A DNA stretch of 248,000 nt from Andalucia godoyi And28 (taxonomy: Eukaryota > Protista > Jakobida): positions 20,001 through 268,000 of the forward strand of contig VRVR01000021.1 in assembly GCA_009859145.1 (NCBI GenBank), read 5' to 3'. The translations under genes were made by a program, and so were the position numbers. The notes beneath the pieces were generated by a model, which was not told the DNA's origin, did not search any database, and was given only the letters and a program-made list of their open reading frames with translations. This document shows positions 83,096 through 95,306 of this stretch, one piece after another (the stretch's first letter is position 1; the number at the start of each line of letters is the position of its first letter).

Positions 83096-83486
83096 CCCTC
83101 CAACCCCGAACCTGTCCAAGCATTTGGCTCGCATGCTGCGCCTCAGACAGATTTTTTCGGCGTAGAGGGACTTTATAAATCCGCATCAACGTCCATCCCA
83201 TGAGCTCCCCTTTGAGTGGGGCCATTCGTGGGTCTGCGCACCCTAAAAAACAGAAACAACCTGTGTTTTTGTTCAGAGCTCTCGAATGGATCAATGAGTG
83301 CATTTGTTAGAACCGTTTGGACTTTGGGAACCAGGAAACTAGGGATTTCAACGAGCGAGAGAGAGGGAGAGGGAGAGAGAGAGGGAGAGGCCAGTCATCG
83401 ATCACATTGGGCCTCGACCTACACACCTTCAGCCGTACTATCCGATGACATTCACAGCCACCCACCAGTCGTTTTGGGTTGGAGGG
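83096..83486 (+). mobile_element. Repeat family C, longest MITE-like copy
   Basis: ccctccaacccc...ttttgggttggaggg; interior matches 94306-94570. Confidence 0.75.
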
Positions 83487-83742
83487 TTATAAGGCTTTGC
83501 TTCTCTGATGCAACGGTTCACCACCACGTGCGTTGCATCACGACGTGCTGCTGCTCGTGGGAGTGCTCGGAAGGTAGCCCCTCACCCAATGCCTGTCAGA
83601 ATTATTTTTTAAAGAATAATGCACCGTGCACTGTGGTGATCAAGAACGAAAAAGAAAACCAAAAAAGAAAAAAAAAGAAAGAAAGAAACTTTAATTACAG
83701 AAGCAACAGGGGAATGGATCAACGTCCCGTCTGTGTGTGTCA

Positions 83743-84516
83743 TTACTGCGCAGTCCATCCTCCGTCGACTGTGATAGGCTGCCCGGTCAAGAACGAAGCT
83801 TCGTCCGATGCCAAGAACAGGACGGTGTTTGCAATTTCTTCTGGTTTTCCCATCCTTCCCATTGGCGTAGCGTTTTCAAACATGATTTCTGCCTCCCTAC
83901 TTCCTCCCGTAAACCGATCAATCATCGCTGTTCGAATGACGCCCGGATGAACGCTGTTGATACGGATTCCCGACTTTGCGTAATCGAGTGCCGCCGCTCG
84001 CGTCAGGCCCAGTACAGCATGCTTGGAGGCCACATAAGGAGCAATTCCAGTAAATCCCACAAGACCTGCAATCGACGAGCAGTTCACAATCGACCCGCCC
84101 CCACTCTGCTTCAGCATCACGCCAATCTCAAGCTTCATGCAGTTCCACACGCCGCGCAAGTTCACATCGATGACCCTGTCGAACGCCTCGTTGGATTGGT
84201 CTGCTAGAGATCCTTGCGCGCCTTCGATTCCAGCATTGTTGAACGCACAGTCCAAGCGGCCAAACGCTCGGAGCGTCCCGTCAATCAGCTTCTGCACTTG
84301 CGAATACGACGATACGTCGCATGGAAGAAAGATTGCATTCTTGCTCTGCGTAAGCTCGTTGATTTCTCGTACAGACGACTGGCCGTCCACAGTGTTCATA
84401 TCGCTCACAACGACGCGGGCTCCTTGCCGTGCAAACGCTAGTGCAGTGGCTTTACCAATTCCGTTTGCACCGCCAGTCACCAGCGCTACCTTGTTTACAA
84501 AGCGAAGCGCACTCAT
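83743..84516 (-). CDS. Short-chain dehydrogenase/reductase, bacterial A3DFK9/glucose-1-DH-like
   Basis: TGGANGIG, LDCAFNNAGIEG, YVASKHAV and HPGVIRT motifs. Confidence 0.92.
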   Translation of the reverse strand: MSALRFVNKVALVTGGANGIGKATALAFARQGARVVVSDMNTVDGQSSVREINELTQSKNAIFLPCDVSSYSQVQKLIDGTLRAFGRLDCAFNNAGIEGAQGSLADQSNEAFDRVIDVNLRGVWNCMKLEIGVMLKQSGGGSIVNCSSIAGLVGFTGIAPYVASKHAVLGLTRAAALDYAKSGIRINSVHPGVIRTAMIDRFTGGSREAEIMFENATPMGRMGKPEEIANTVLFLASDEASFLTGQPITVDGGWTAQ

Positions 84517-85942
84517 TCCTTGTTGAAAGTAAACTGAAACCGGTTCTTCAGCGTCTGTTTTTTTCGTTCTCTCTCTCTCTCTCCTTTTTTTTTTCTTTTC
84601 TTTTTTTGCGGAGAGACGGTTTTAGCGCGCTTTTACTTTGGCTTTTGAAGGGAAAAAACATTCTGCTGCGCGGTCCAAGAACGTCGAGTAGAGGTTATTT
84701 TCATCATCATTCACATCCATCTCTCACTCTCTCTCTCTTTTCGACAACGCTACCTCGCCAAGTTTCAGGTATTTTTGAAACAAACACGAACATCCAACAC
84801 TTCCAGTATGACCAGATTAGCCCTTGCAGAAGCAAAACGCCTGCTTATACGCAGCCCTTGTTGGGCTGTTGCTCGTTCGTATCGTCTCCATGCTGCAATG
84901 TTGCTTGTCAATGGGAACTAGGAAAACGACCACGTCTCCAGGAGAAGCGGCAGGTCTCAGCTCGTCGTCACCAGAAGCAGTCTTCTTCGGACGGTTATAT
85001 TTGTAAGCAAACAGACTGCCCCCTCGCAGGACGCCACAACCGCAGGGCGTTAGCGAGAGAAGAACCCCCCAAAACAGCAGTGGAGGGGAAAACACCCAGC
85101 ACGACCATCCGTTCGTTCAGCGGAAATGAAAGGTTCGGAACAATGCAGAACAGACCATGTGCTGCTGCTGGCCGCAAGCTGAATGTGCAGGTCAGGTCAC
85201 ACGGCTTCGAAAGAAAAGTCTCGAACCATTGACGTGGATTGGAAATGCTACCATAAACCTTGTTTTTGGCTGGCATAGCGGATCATGCGGGTGGGAGCAA
85301 AGAAACGGCACAAGAGTAAGGAGCAGCGGACCCAGTCGTCTTGCTGAGCATGCTTGTTTTCCCTCAAACGGAGAAGACCAAAGGGCTCGGCCCGCTTCTC
85401 TGCTTGGATGGGCCCAAGTGTTTTCGCTTGGGAAGGAAAGCGTCTTGCCAAGGTCCAGCTCCGGACTCCTCTGATCACCGAAGAACGATGACATGCACCC
85501 GACAATGGATGGACACGTTCCGTTTGCTCGCACCGCATGGTTTGAAACTCGCGAACCTCAATGCGAGGAATCGAGATTGCGTAACTCCGCCGCTACCATA
85601 TTGATCGATTGCTGGTATTTGTTTCCCCGTATTGCTCAGACGGCCACAGTGGACCGGACTTTTAGCACGCCAGGAAGCGTGCGGGCTGTGCACAGACGCA
85701 GTGTTCACGGGAATTTTTCCGGTAAATTCGTCGCGTGCACCCAGAAGTGAAAATGGTCCAGAACAAAACACATGCGCGTATCAGCGAAGGACGATCTTCT
85801 TTCGTCGTTCTCTCTCATCTTCTTCCTCGTTTTCTTAATCAGTCACACTTTCTTTGGCTCCAAAAAGTGCTACCTCTTTTTTTTTCCTGCGTCTGACCGA
85901 TTGGCAACAGGAAGAAACAAGCAACACAAAAAGTATCCAGCC

Positions 85943-86788
85943 ATGGGGATTTGCAAGTCCAAGCATTCTTCTGCTTTGCAAAGGCAGGGCAGGATCGAGA
86001 GAGAGAGGGCAAAGCTGCAAGAAGCGCGCCCGTCCGCAGTCCAGGTGTCCATCATTCGATCAAAAGGCACTGGTGCAAAGCGAACAGTCGCGTCTGAACA
86101 CTTTCGATCCCCAACGCGAAGAAACGCTCTGAGACCGAAAAGTGCATCAGCGATCGCGTCTTCTCGAGGTGGCGCGCTGGATGACGCCAGCCCGAGAGCA
86201 TCATTTTATCGTAAGCATGCACCCGCATCACGCGTGATGCACTGTGTGGAATGCCCAGATGATCTCTCAGCGTTGGCGGCGCTCAGTGAGCCGCTTTCAA
86301 ACAATTCTTCCAGAAACACTGCGCACGATTTCAGCAGTACTGCTGAAGCTGAAGCTCAGAATGCAAATATCGATTCGACTGCAAGATGCGATTCCGTAGA
86401 GGTCTGGAGAAATTTGCTGGTGTGGTCGCAGTCATCGGCGGCCGCTTTTGCTGCCCGACCCTTCGCGGTACACCAAGACGAAGAGCTCTTGTCGCCACAT
86501 CGCCCAGAGGATGCGCAAACTATTCGGACGTTTGAATCGTTTTTTCTGCCTAATACTCCTCTGGATTCGCCGACGGATGAAAGATCGGATTTATGGGAGA
86601 AAGAGTCCCAAACTGAAACCCCGCAATCCGTGCCGGATGGCTGGGTGGACACTCGATGGGCCGAGACCAAGAAGGCTCGGCTGCGGGTTCGATTCTCTGC
86701 CTCTCCCATCGCTTCTTGTGTGTACTACTCCGTGGATTCCGCACCCCGCAGCGTCTCTGCCTCTTGCCTCTTGCCTCTGTCGCTCTAA
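85943..86788 (+). CDS. Hypothetical protein, probable N-acylated (MGICKSK), RVRF motif
   Basis: In-frame ATG at 85943; disordered composition. Confidence 0.5.
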   Translation: MGICKSKHSSALQRQGRIERERAKLQEARPSAVQVSIIRSKGTGAKRTVASEHFRSPTRRNALRPKSASAIASSRGGALDDASPRASFYRKHAPASRVMHCVECPDDLSALAALSEPLSNNSSRNTAHDFSSTAEAEAQNANIDSTARCDSVEVWRNLLVWSQSSAAAFAARPFAVHQDEELLSPHRPEDAQTIRTFESFFLPNTPLDSPTDERSDLWEKESQTETPQSVPDGWVDTRWAETKKARLRVRFSASPIASCVYYSVDSAPRSVSASCLLPLSL

Positions 86789-86977
86789 ATTCAAATCCGC
86801 CTGCTGCTGAAGAAAAGTCGTGTATGTGCATTGCAGACTTGCAGATCCAGGGGCTTCCGAAATATAATGCCCAAGCCTTTGCTCCAGTGTCTTGAACTGA
86901 TGCGCACGGGGTTCACTGGTCACCACAGGAAGACAAGAATGCGTCGAATATATTAAAAACTCGAGCGACCACGCACA

Positions 86978-87010
<33 letters not shown>

Positions 87011-88417
87011 GAGGAGTCTGGGATGCCGGGATAGTGGATTTTCAAGATGTTGCAGCAACTGAAAAGGGTTTGTGTGCGCTTGGATTCCACGGGGAAAGAG
87101 AACGTCGGAGAATCGGAGAGCAGCTGCTATCCATGTATGCCATCCTGTCTACTATGGACCTCTTCGAGGAAGTTGTGAATGAATGAAGCACATCTTTTTG
87201 CTTCCCCCTTTTCTTTTTTTTATATTTAAATTATATATTATCTTTTTTTAAATTTCGCGAGCCTGAGCCTGTGCCTGTGAGGTTGGAAATCAATATGTGA
87301 TCTTGCGCACAGTGCGGGATCCTTTTTTCCTGCAGTCTGATGTAAACGATCGCGCAGTTTGCAAAAGATGGTTTTGACTGACAACGGGCATCAAATATAG
87401 CGAGATGTGTGCTTGTGCGGGGTTCGTTCATGCGTGGGAATCGCGAAATCGGGGCGGGGCAATCGACCCCTGCTGTACGTCTTTGTGCCCAAATGGAGAA
87501 CTGGGCGACGTGACAGACGGGCAGCCGACGAAGCGTCGCATTCGTCGGATGCGTGACAGTGTGCGTGAGAAACTGACAAGAGCATCAAAAGAATAGACGC
87601 TTCCGCCCGCGCCCCGCTTCCTTTCGTTTTCCCGGCTTTTTTTTTCCGTTCTTCTTTTGTTTGCTGATACGCGGTGCAGCCGTCAGGCGGGCGAACGCTT
87701 CGTGACAAACGGCGAAGATCGAGTCGTTTCCTATGCGAGCAAAGGAAACCGTCAAACTGGCATCTCAGTGCGAGCAGATGGTGCACGAGTTTGTCGGTGC
87801 TGATTCCGTGGTGCTCTGCATTCCATGATCCTGACAGCCAGATGATGCAATGTCCATCACAATGTGGCCTGGGGTTGAAAGAAGATGGGCTCTGCCGCTT
87901 CCACTCTCAACGCGTCAGGGAAGTTGCTTACCGCCCGGTATCACAGATTGGTTCAGGCCGAATTCCTGCTTGTACTGACCTGTCATTATTACATTGGAAT
88001 CCTCTCTGGATCGTCGCCTGTGCTCTGGCGCTCGGTGGTACGTGGACCAGTGCCCAGCCCGTCCACGACCGCGGGCTCGAGTGAAAAGAATGATCGGGTA
88101 TCTTTGAAGGTTTGGCCCTCCGCAGGACGATGACAACGAGTCGACCTCAGAATTCCCTTCCTTGGAAAAACATTCCTTTTCTACTTCATCTGCAATAATC
88201 TGTCTGCTGTCTGCTGCTCATCACAATCGACCTCTTACGTGCATTGTAACCTCCAAGTCTCCCCAAGTTCCAGGTTCTTGGCTCTTGGCTCTCGTTTTAG
88301 CTGTGCGATCTGTATCATTGGCATCACGTCTTCCTCCTTTCTCTGCCTCTCCACCGGCTTTTTTTAGGGGGGGGGAAAGCGAGGTTCACAGCAAACTCAG
88401 GAAAAGACCGTCCGTGG

Positions 88418-89575
88418 TTGCATTCCAACATTTGGATGGGCATAGGTAATTCTAAGCGGAGGAAGTCCGCCGGAACGTCTCCGATCAAAGAAAAGGCCCC
88501 ACTGAATGCAAAGGATTCGCAAGCGACGCAGCAGAGTCCTCGGCCTGACCAGCGAACTCCGGCTTCCACCAATCACACTTCTGTCGTGTCGTTCGATATG
88601 GTAGAAACGCCGTCGCCAACTCTGGAGGGAACATCCTTTCCGACCGCAGGCACTGCCGATCTGTTTGTCCGCAGGACAGAAGGATCTCCGAGCGCGAGCG
88701 CATCGCCAATGCTCCCTGTCTCGGATCAAAAGGAGAACCACACCGCGCTGGGCAACTCTCCTTCGAAAGTCTTTGCGGTGGTCCCTGCCAATCACAGTAA
88801 TCAAACAGTCCCGTCTCTCTCATATTCCCAGTCTCCTTCGCGACCGCTGGTTTCCAAATACGTTGTCACTCCCAAAATAATGCCCCGTTCTCGTTTCAAC
88901 TCCGATGCCGATTTACATCGCACGACAAATTGCAAGCAGTATGATCCTTTGCTGATGCTTTCGTCGAGCTTCTCTCCTGCACAGAGGAGTGTGCTGATGA
89001 ATCGCGCAGTTGCTGAAGGCTCCGCCAGCCCTGCCACAAACACTGACGCGTCGTTGGATTCCGTTAGTATGCCCAAGCCTCTAAAAGGGATCTTGCGACA
89101 CACGAGCACCGTGGGAAGTTTACCTGAAGCAAGGAGGCGAGGCTTATCGCTGATCATGCGTGCTGCACCGCAGGTAAACAGCCCCGCGCGCCCCTCCAAG
89201 AACGTGCAGTTCGGGACAGATGAGAGTCGTGTTCTTGTTTTTCAGCCGTATTCTCCTCCGTCGATGAGTGCAACGGGCTCTGCAGGCGTGGATATTTTCC
89301 AATCTGAGAGATCTCCATCGCCGGCATTCTATCCCTCCGTACCTTTGTACAATGTATATGCGGACGACTCGTCTTCGGAGGATGAAGACATGACAGAAGA
89401 TGAGCGAACGATGATCCAACGCAAATTTGGAGGCGTTCTAGTTCCAAGTGGACGAGGTTTTGTGCCTTTGTTGTTTCCTCCCGCAATCATCCCCAATGCG
89501 GTGTGCCCGGATAGACCGGGCGATAGGGATGTTGATGATAACGACGATGATGAACATCACTTTGTAATGGAATAA
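88418..89575 (+). CDS. Hypothetical S/P-rich protein (KGILR...KNVQF)
   Basis: 385-aa ORF. Confidence 0.5.
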   Translation: MHSNIWMGIGNSKRRKSAGTSPIKEKAPLNAKDSQATQQSPRPDQRTPASTNHTSVVSFDMVETPSPTLEGTSFPTAGTADLFVRRTEGSPSASASPMLPVSDQKENHTALGNSPSKVFAVVPANHSNQTVPSLSYSQSPSRPLVSKYVVTPKIMPRSRFNSDADLHRTTNCKQYDPLLMLSSSFSPAQRSVLMNRAVAEGSASPATNTDASLDSVSMPKPLKGILRHTSTVGSLPEARRRGLSLIMRAAPQVNSPARPSKNVQFGTDESRVLVFQPYSPPSMSATGSAGVDIFQSERSPSPAFYPSVPLYNVYADDSSSEDEDMTEDERTMIQRKFGGVLVPSGRGFVPLLFPPAIIPNAVCPDRPGDRDVDDNDDDEHHFVME

Positions 89576-89646
89576 GCGAGTAGAAGGGTGTTCTTTCCTG
89601 AAATATTTCCCCCATCACTGCTCTCCATTTTTCAGTGCTCTGGGGC

Positions 89647-89679
<33 letters not shown>

Positions 89680-89885
89680 CGTGCGTGCGTGTGCGCGTGT
89701 GTTTGTGCTCGCTGTTGCGATTCATAGAACTTCAAACCATAGATTTCTGGTTCGGGCTATACACTTAATTGAATTAAATAACAGACATTTTGTAGTGTAC
89801 TTTGTTTTCTGAACATGTGCTGTTTCTTGATGTTGTTGTTTTTTTTTTTTCTTTTTTCTTCAATTTATCCAAATTCGATGTTGCC

Positions 89886-91784
89886 TCACGAAGGAGCCCA
89901 CGCATTGCTTTTGTGTTTCGGCACAAATTTAAAGTCCGCACTGGGGGGGCCCAAGAACAGTTCTGACAATCGCATCCAATCCCCTAGATAGGGAGAGGCC
90001 ATCCAAGACTCGAGATCCGAGCGGCCACAAAATGGCTCCGGTCTGTCCGTGATCCGAGCAGGAACGTGCTCAAGAATTCCGACCGGAACGTAACGATGCG
90101 AGAACGACATCCATTCCAGCAAGAATCGACGAGTCGCCGAAACACCGTGAGAATCAGAACCCCAATGTTCAAGCCCAAGATCCACAAACTTCTTGATAAC
90201 GTCCAGTCGTTCCGAGGCAGAAATATCCCAGTGTCTCTTCTCTTTGATTTCCGTGAATAGCCACGGTTTGATCAACGCCCCCCGACCAATCATAAACGAC
90301 GTCATTTCCGGGATCATCGTCTTGTGATCTTCCACATCTTCCCAGCAGAAAATATCACCATTGCCAATTACCTTCGTACGGCAATTCGGAACTTGTTGCG
90401 GGACCTTCTGGCATTCGGCAATATACTCCCAAGAAGCAAGTTTTGAGTACCGCTGCGCGCGCGTCCTCCCATGAACTGTCACAAGAGGGAGGTTCATCTC
90501 ACAGGCTTGCTTCACCAACTTCGTGCCATAAAGCTGCTTATCATCGTGCCCAATGCGGATCTTCGCTGTCACGGGGCATGTTCCTCGCAACGAGTTTTGC
90601 AAGCCGCACAAGACACCTTCCCACCGCAGTCGCCGCAGCGAAAGACCGCACCCCATTCCTCGATCCACAACCGGTTCTAAAGGGCATCCACAATTCAAAT
90701 CGACAAAATCCACATTCGGAGCATACTGCCGAATCAGCTCTCCGCATTCAGCTGCCATGCCCGGCATGGAGCACGCAACTTGAACGCCAAAGATATCCTC
90801 CGATGGATGTCTCTTCAGCAGCGCCCATTCGGACTGGGACCCAGCGCAGAGTTCCGGCGCCAATGCCATCTCAGACACAGTAATATCCGCACCGAACATT
90901 TTGCAGATTGCTCGGAACGGCAGGTTTCCAACAGTTGTTAAGGGTGCCAAAATCAACTTGTTATCGAATGTCCATTTTTTCGGGGCTTCGAACCACGTTG
91001 GATTCTCCGAAGACGTCGCACCATCCACGGAGGGATACAAGCGAGGGACATGTGTTTTCCTCTCATTTTGGTACTGGAAGAAATTAAGCGTTACGAAACT
91101 TCCTTTTTCCCGGTATGCAGCATATGCATCCCAGACTTTTGCGAATGCCGCGGAATGCGGCCTTGCGTGATCCTTGCTGCGGATCTGATTGAGAGTATTT
91201 CGGTCGACATAGTTAATCGGTCTGAGGCTTCCGTCATATCGATCCATGGACGCATCATGAACATGCCCCGGCTCGCTGGCGAATGCACAGTCTCGGAACG
91301 GACACCTTCCAACCGACTTCATAAACGGACAGCAAATATGCTGAACGTGCTGCTGCACATCCCAGTCCTTGTTCCACTCCGTCACGAAGTTTGAGTCATG
91401 GACGCTGTCAGCCATAATCATGCTCATCTCATCATCTTCCGTCGTGTCGAGGCGCCCATTTCCAGACATGACTTTCTTGCGATCTCTGGCCGTAATCTGG
91501 CCTCGGAAGCGAGCCTTTTTCGCAGCTGGCGGCTGCTGTCCATGTCCTTCCGGGGCCCCCGCTTCCGAATGACCTTCTTGCTCGACACTGCTCGTCGCAT
91601 CCGCTGTCTGCTGGTTCTTCTTCTCAGAAAGAACTTGCTTGGCTCGGTGCCGCCACATGTTCCAATTGAAAGGATGGTCTCGTGACAGCACGTGCTCGGC
91701 CTTGATGTGCGCCTTTCCCCTCTCGTACTTTTGCTTGGCTTCTCCAGATTCCATCGACAACGAACCACTCATTTCAAAAATCAC
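89886..91784 (-). CDS. DUS3: tRNA-dihydrouridine(47) synthase
   Basis: LAPLTTVGNLPFR, DLNCGCP, HGRTRAQRYSK and MIGRGALIKPWLFTEI. Confidence 0.95.
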   Translation of the reverse strand: MIFEMSGSLSMESGEAKQKYERGKAHIKAEHVLSRDHPFNWNMWRHRAKQVLSEKKNQQTADATSSVEQEGHSEAGAPEGHGQQPPAAKKARFRGQITARDRKKVMSGNGRLDTTEDDEMSMIMADSVHDSNFVTEWNKDWDVQQHVQHICCPFMKSVGRCPFRDCAFASEPGHVHDASMDRYDGSLRPINYVDRNTLNQIRSKDHARPHSAAFAKVWDAYAAYREKGSFVTLNFFQYQNERKTHVPRLYPSVDGATSSENPTWFEAPKKWTFDNKLILAPLTTVGNLPFRAICKMFGADITVSEMALAPELCAGSQSEWALLKRHPSEDIFGVQVACSMPGMAAECGELIRQYAPNVDFVDLNCGCPLEPVVDRGMGCGLSLRRLRWEGVLCGLQNSLRGTCPVTAKIRIGHDDKQLYGTKLVKQACEMNLPLVTVHGRTRAQRYSKLASWEYIAECQKVPQQVPNCRTKVIGNGDIFCWEDVEDHKTMIPEMTSFMIGRGALIKPWLFTEIKEKRHWDISASERLDVIKKFVDLGLEHWGSDSHGVSATRRFLLEWMSFSHRYVPVGILEHVPARITDRPEPFCGRSDLESWMASPYLGDWMRLSELFLGPPSADFKFVPKHKSNAWAPS

Positions 91785-92113
91785 ACTAATTCGTAATTGC
91801 TAAACAAGTCTCCCCAAAACCATCCGTCATTACGAAGAGAGAAGGAGGAACAGCAGCAACAATGCTATCAGCGAAACAACACTTAGACCCGCAGTTTGAT
91901 TTGTCTTTTTTTTTTCTTTTTAGTTTTTTTACGACCGCGATTATTGCATTCAAACACAAATGAAAAGATGGTGCTTGGGCGGAGTCCTCTTAGTCTTTTA
92001 CCCGCTCTCCGTAGTATGATGATGATGATGATGATGGTAGACAAGCATGCACACACTGGTGATTTTAACCGCGAGTTGCTCGCAGGCAAGCCATCTCCGT
92101 CTTGCCCCGCTTT

Positions 92114-94027
92114 CTAGTGTTTCCAGCCCGACACGGGGCTTCCCTGAACCCCAGCATCGTCTGCAAACGACGGCGAGTAGGATCGAATAGAATCGGGAGA
92201 TCGGCGAGTCGGGAAAAGCGCAGCAGTTGCCGGTCGCTTTCGAATATTGAAGTTCACTCCTTTTCGATCAGACTCCCTCTCAGGAAGCACTGGACTCAAA
92301 GTAACTTTTCGAATACCGGACATCGAAAGCGCAGACGAAGGGCGAGCCGCTTCGGCAGGAATAACCTTGCTGGCAGCATCTCGCAGGTTGGTGTCGATCG
92401 TCAGTGCTTCCTTCTTATTCTGAAACAACAATGGAACATTCTGCACAGGCAGCAATCTTGTTTTCACCTCTTCTTCGCGTAGAGAGGTGATGACCGAGCA
92501 AACCTCTTGGTCCAGCCGCTCGTCATACACATCCATATCCTGCTCAGCCCATTCGCCGTCATCGTCGATATGAGACGAAGACATTGCCGTGGATGGTCTT
92601 GAGCGAGCCGTACCCGGTCGGCCCGAGGCGGAAGACATTGCCGTCGTTGGTCGAGAATTTCGGCGTGAAGATGCTCTCGATTGCGAGGAAGACGGCCGAG
92701 ACGCGCTTCCAGATTTCTGCTTCAAAACCCCAAACTCATTTTGCATGAATCCGTATGTCAAAATGCTATATGGCTTCCCATCTCCCTTGTCCTCCGGCAA
92801 GGAAAAATGCGCACTCCGGTGCGTAGACGCAGCAGAATCTGATCGTAATCTCAAATCAGAATCGTCGTGGCACGCACGCAAGGACTGTTGTCGCATCGAT
92901 TCATCAAGAGAAACGGCCGAAAGGTTCAGCGGTGGCGACAGTGGTCTTAAGATGGAACGAGAAGGCGGTGCTTGAGAATGCAAATGGGAATCTGTAAGCA
93001 TCAACAACAAAGGTCCAATGTTGTTTGCAGTGGACTGTGGGAGGCTGCTTCGACGGTGCTGTCGAACTAATTCCAAAACTCGAGCGTCCTTTGCTTTCCG
93101 AATTGCACGCTGCCGATCCTTCTCGACCTCGTACTCGTCTCTCCATCGCTCATACTGACTTGAAACGCTGATGGGGTCCTCCGAAGGAGAAGCCACTCTC
93201 TTAATAGGACTGCTTTCTGGGGAGCGCTTCCTCCTGTCTCCGGTTGAAGGACGCGCTTCGGGTGCAGCGGCTGCAATCACTTCAGGTGAACGCTGGAACC
93301 GAGCTTGTAACTGTTTTGATTTTGCCGACACCAGTGCAACCGGATCCACCTTTCCGCGAGAACGAGGTCCATCAAACGAAATAAACTGTGACGATTTGAA
93401 CTTGCGCTTGTCTACGAAATCCACGAGTTTTTTCGAATAAGATGCTGTTGGTGCCTCGCTTTCTGCTTTCAGGAGCCGCAAATCCGCAATGGACGTTTCC
93501 GACACAGACAACAGGGCTGGAATCTCTCCAATGGAATGCTTCTTAGGAGGAGAAGCCTCTGACCGTGCTGGAGAAACCGGTCGACTCATCATGGCGGAAT
93601 CGATGGACCTGCGCACCGCAAGCGCGCTTTGAGATCTATACTTTCTCTGTTTTGCTCCAGAATCCAGCAATTCTTTGGTGCGCTGCGAGTTGTCTGCAAC
93701 CGTTTCGCGCCACTGCGAAAAGGCATTCAGTAAATCGGAAGGCACAAAAACTGGAACATGTGGTGCTTCTCTCCTGCTTGCCAGCCGTTTCTGTAAATTC
93801 AGGGGCGGACCGTTCGCAGTCTTCGACTTCAATGCTGACGACGGACGAACAAGACTATCTGGTCGGGACCTTGATTTCATCACAATAGAAGGTGGACTAC
93901 GCAAACTCAGCGTTCGCGACAAGGACTGCTGCGGAATTTTCTTTTGGAGATCTTGCTTTCGAAACGTACCGCAGCCAGCAGATCTCCCAATGACATCTTC
94001 AATCCCAGGAGCACACCTCCGCTGCAT
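92114..94027 (-). CDS. Hypothetical disordered protein
   Basis: 637-aa S/R-rich ORF with RP.TA repeats. Confidence 0.5.
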   Translation of the reverse strand: MQRRCAPGIEDVIGRSAGCGTFRKQDLQKKIPQQSLSRTLSLRSPPSIVMKSRSRPDSLVRPSSALKSKTANGPPLNLQKRLASRREAPHVPVFVPSDLLNAFSQWRETVADNSQRTKELLDSGAKQRKYRSQSALAVRRSIDSAMMSRPVSPARSEASPPKKHSIGEIPALLSVSETSIADLRLLKAESEAPTASYSKKLVDFVDKRKFKSSQFISFDGPRSRGKVDPVALVSAKSKQLQARFQRSPEVIAAAAPEARPSTGDRRKRSPESSPIKRVASPSEDPISVSSQYERWRDEYEVEKDRQRAIRKAKDARVLELVRQHRRSSLPQSTANNIGPLLLMLTDSHLHSQAPPSRSILRPLSPPLNLSAVSLDESMRQQSLRACHDDSDLRLRSDSAASTHRSAHFSLPEDKGDGKPYSILTYGFMQNEFGVLKQKSGSASRPSSSQSRASSRRNSRPTTAMSSASGRPGTARSRPSTAMSSSHIDDDGEWAEQDMDVYDERLDQEVCSVITSLREEEVKTRLLPVQNVPLLFQNKKEALTIDTNLRDAASKVIPAEAARPSSALSMSGIRKVTLSPVLPERESDRKGVNFNIRKRPATAALFPTRRSPDSIRSYSPSFADDAGVQGSPVSGWKH

Positions 94028-94299
94028 ACTGCCAACCTACACAGACACTATGCTAAACCAATCCAACCGCGCAACTGAGAGAAACTATGTATCGCAGAAT
94101 CGTACCCAAGGTTTGAATCAACAAGTGTTTTTTTTTGTTTTTGTTTTTGTTTTTCAATATTTAAAACACACAAATTTTCACTCTGTTCGTTCAAACCCTA
94201 TCTCGAGTGCATTCTTGACATCTCAAACGGAAGCGGGGGGCGGTTGTCTTTGATATTGCTCGCATCTTTGAATATCAGAGGTCATCATCGTCGTTCCAG

Positions 94300-94653
94300 G
94301 TGCTACCCTCTCCAAACATTTGGCTCGGATGCTGCGCCTCAGACAGATTATTTTGGCGTAGAGGGACTTTATAAATCCGCATCAGCGCCCATCCCATGAG
94401 TTCCCCTTTTGAGTGGGCCATTCGTGGGTCTGCGCACCCTAAAAAACAGAAACAACCTGTGTTTTTGTTCAGAGCTCTCGAATGGATCAATGAGTGCATT
94501 TGTTAGAACCGTTTGGACTTTGGGAACCAGGAAACTAGGGATTTCAACGAGCTTCATTTTTGCCATTCCGCATTTTTATCCACTTGTTCTTTCTCTGTTG
94601 TCAATCGAGCAGATATTGTATTGATTGTTGATTGGCAATGGTGTGCACCACAC

Positions 94654-94688
<35 letters not shown>

Positions 94689-94790
94689 CCGCGGTGGAGG
94701 AATCATCGATTACAAAGGATGCGGCTCTCAATATTCGACAGTGTCTCATTGGGCCTCGACCTGCACACCTACGCCGCCGCGACAACGACG
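94300..94790 (+). mobile_element. Repeat family C, truncated/interrupted copy
   Basis: 94306-94570 matches 83096-83350; ctcattgggcctcgacctgcacacc resumes near 94745; right inverted repeat absent. Confidence 0.65.
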
Positions 94791-95306
94791 ACGACGACGA
94801 CAACAACAACAACAACCGGTAGCAGCAATCTGCAGGGGAACAGGGTCGGCCTTCGTTCAACAGCAATGTCAACGGCTGTAGGGGTATATCATGGTCCATT
94901 CGTGATTCCCCAAAAAACGATCTCAAAATCTACAGCGGTTTCAATCCTGCCCAGTCTGCCCCACTGCTCCCCACCGCACTTCCCACGCCCCCGTCTTCCC
95001 CACGTTCCAACCGAAGTCCATAAACCGTTCAAACGCTTCCTTCTCGTCTTTCAGTCTTTTGTTTTCTAAACGCTCTTTTTCAATCCTGCTTAGTTTCTTT
95101 CTTCTCTTTTCCTTCTGCATTTTTCTTTTTCTTTTTTTTATTTTCTTTTTCCTTTTTTTATATTAAGCTTTTTTCAGTTTTTTTGTTTGCTTTTGGTTTC
95201 GCTCATACTTGTTCTTTTTTTTTCCTTTTCTTCTCTTGTCCTCCTTTCATTCCCCCTCACCAGTGTTTACTGCCTTCTTCTTACGCGTCTGCACATCACT
95301 CACTCC

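Noticed and set aside
87200-88400. Short overlapping ORFs
   Set aside because: No homology cue or clear coding frame.
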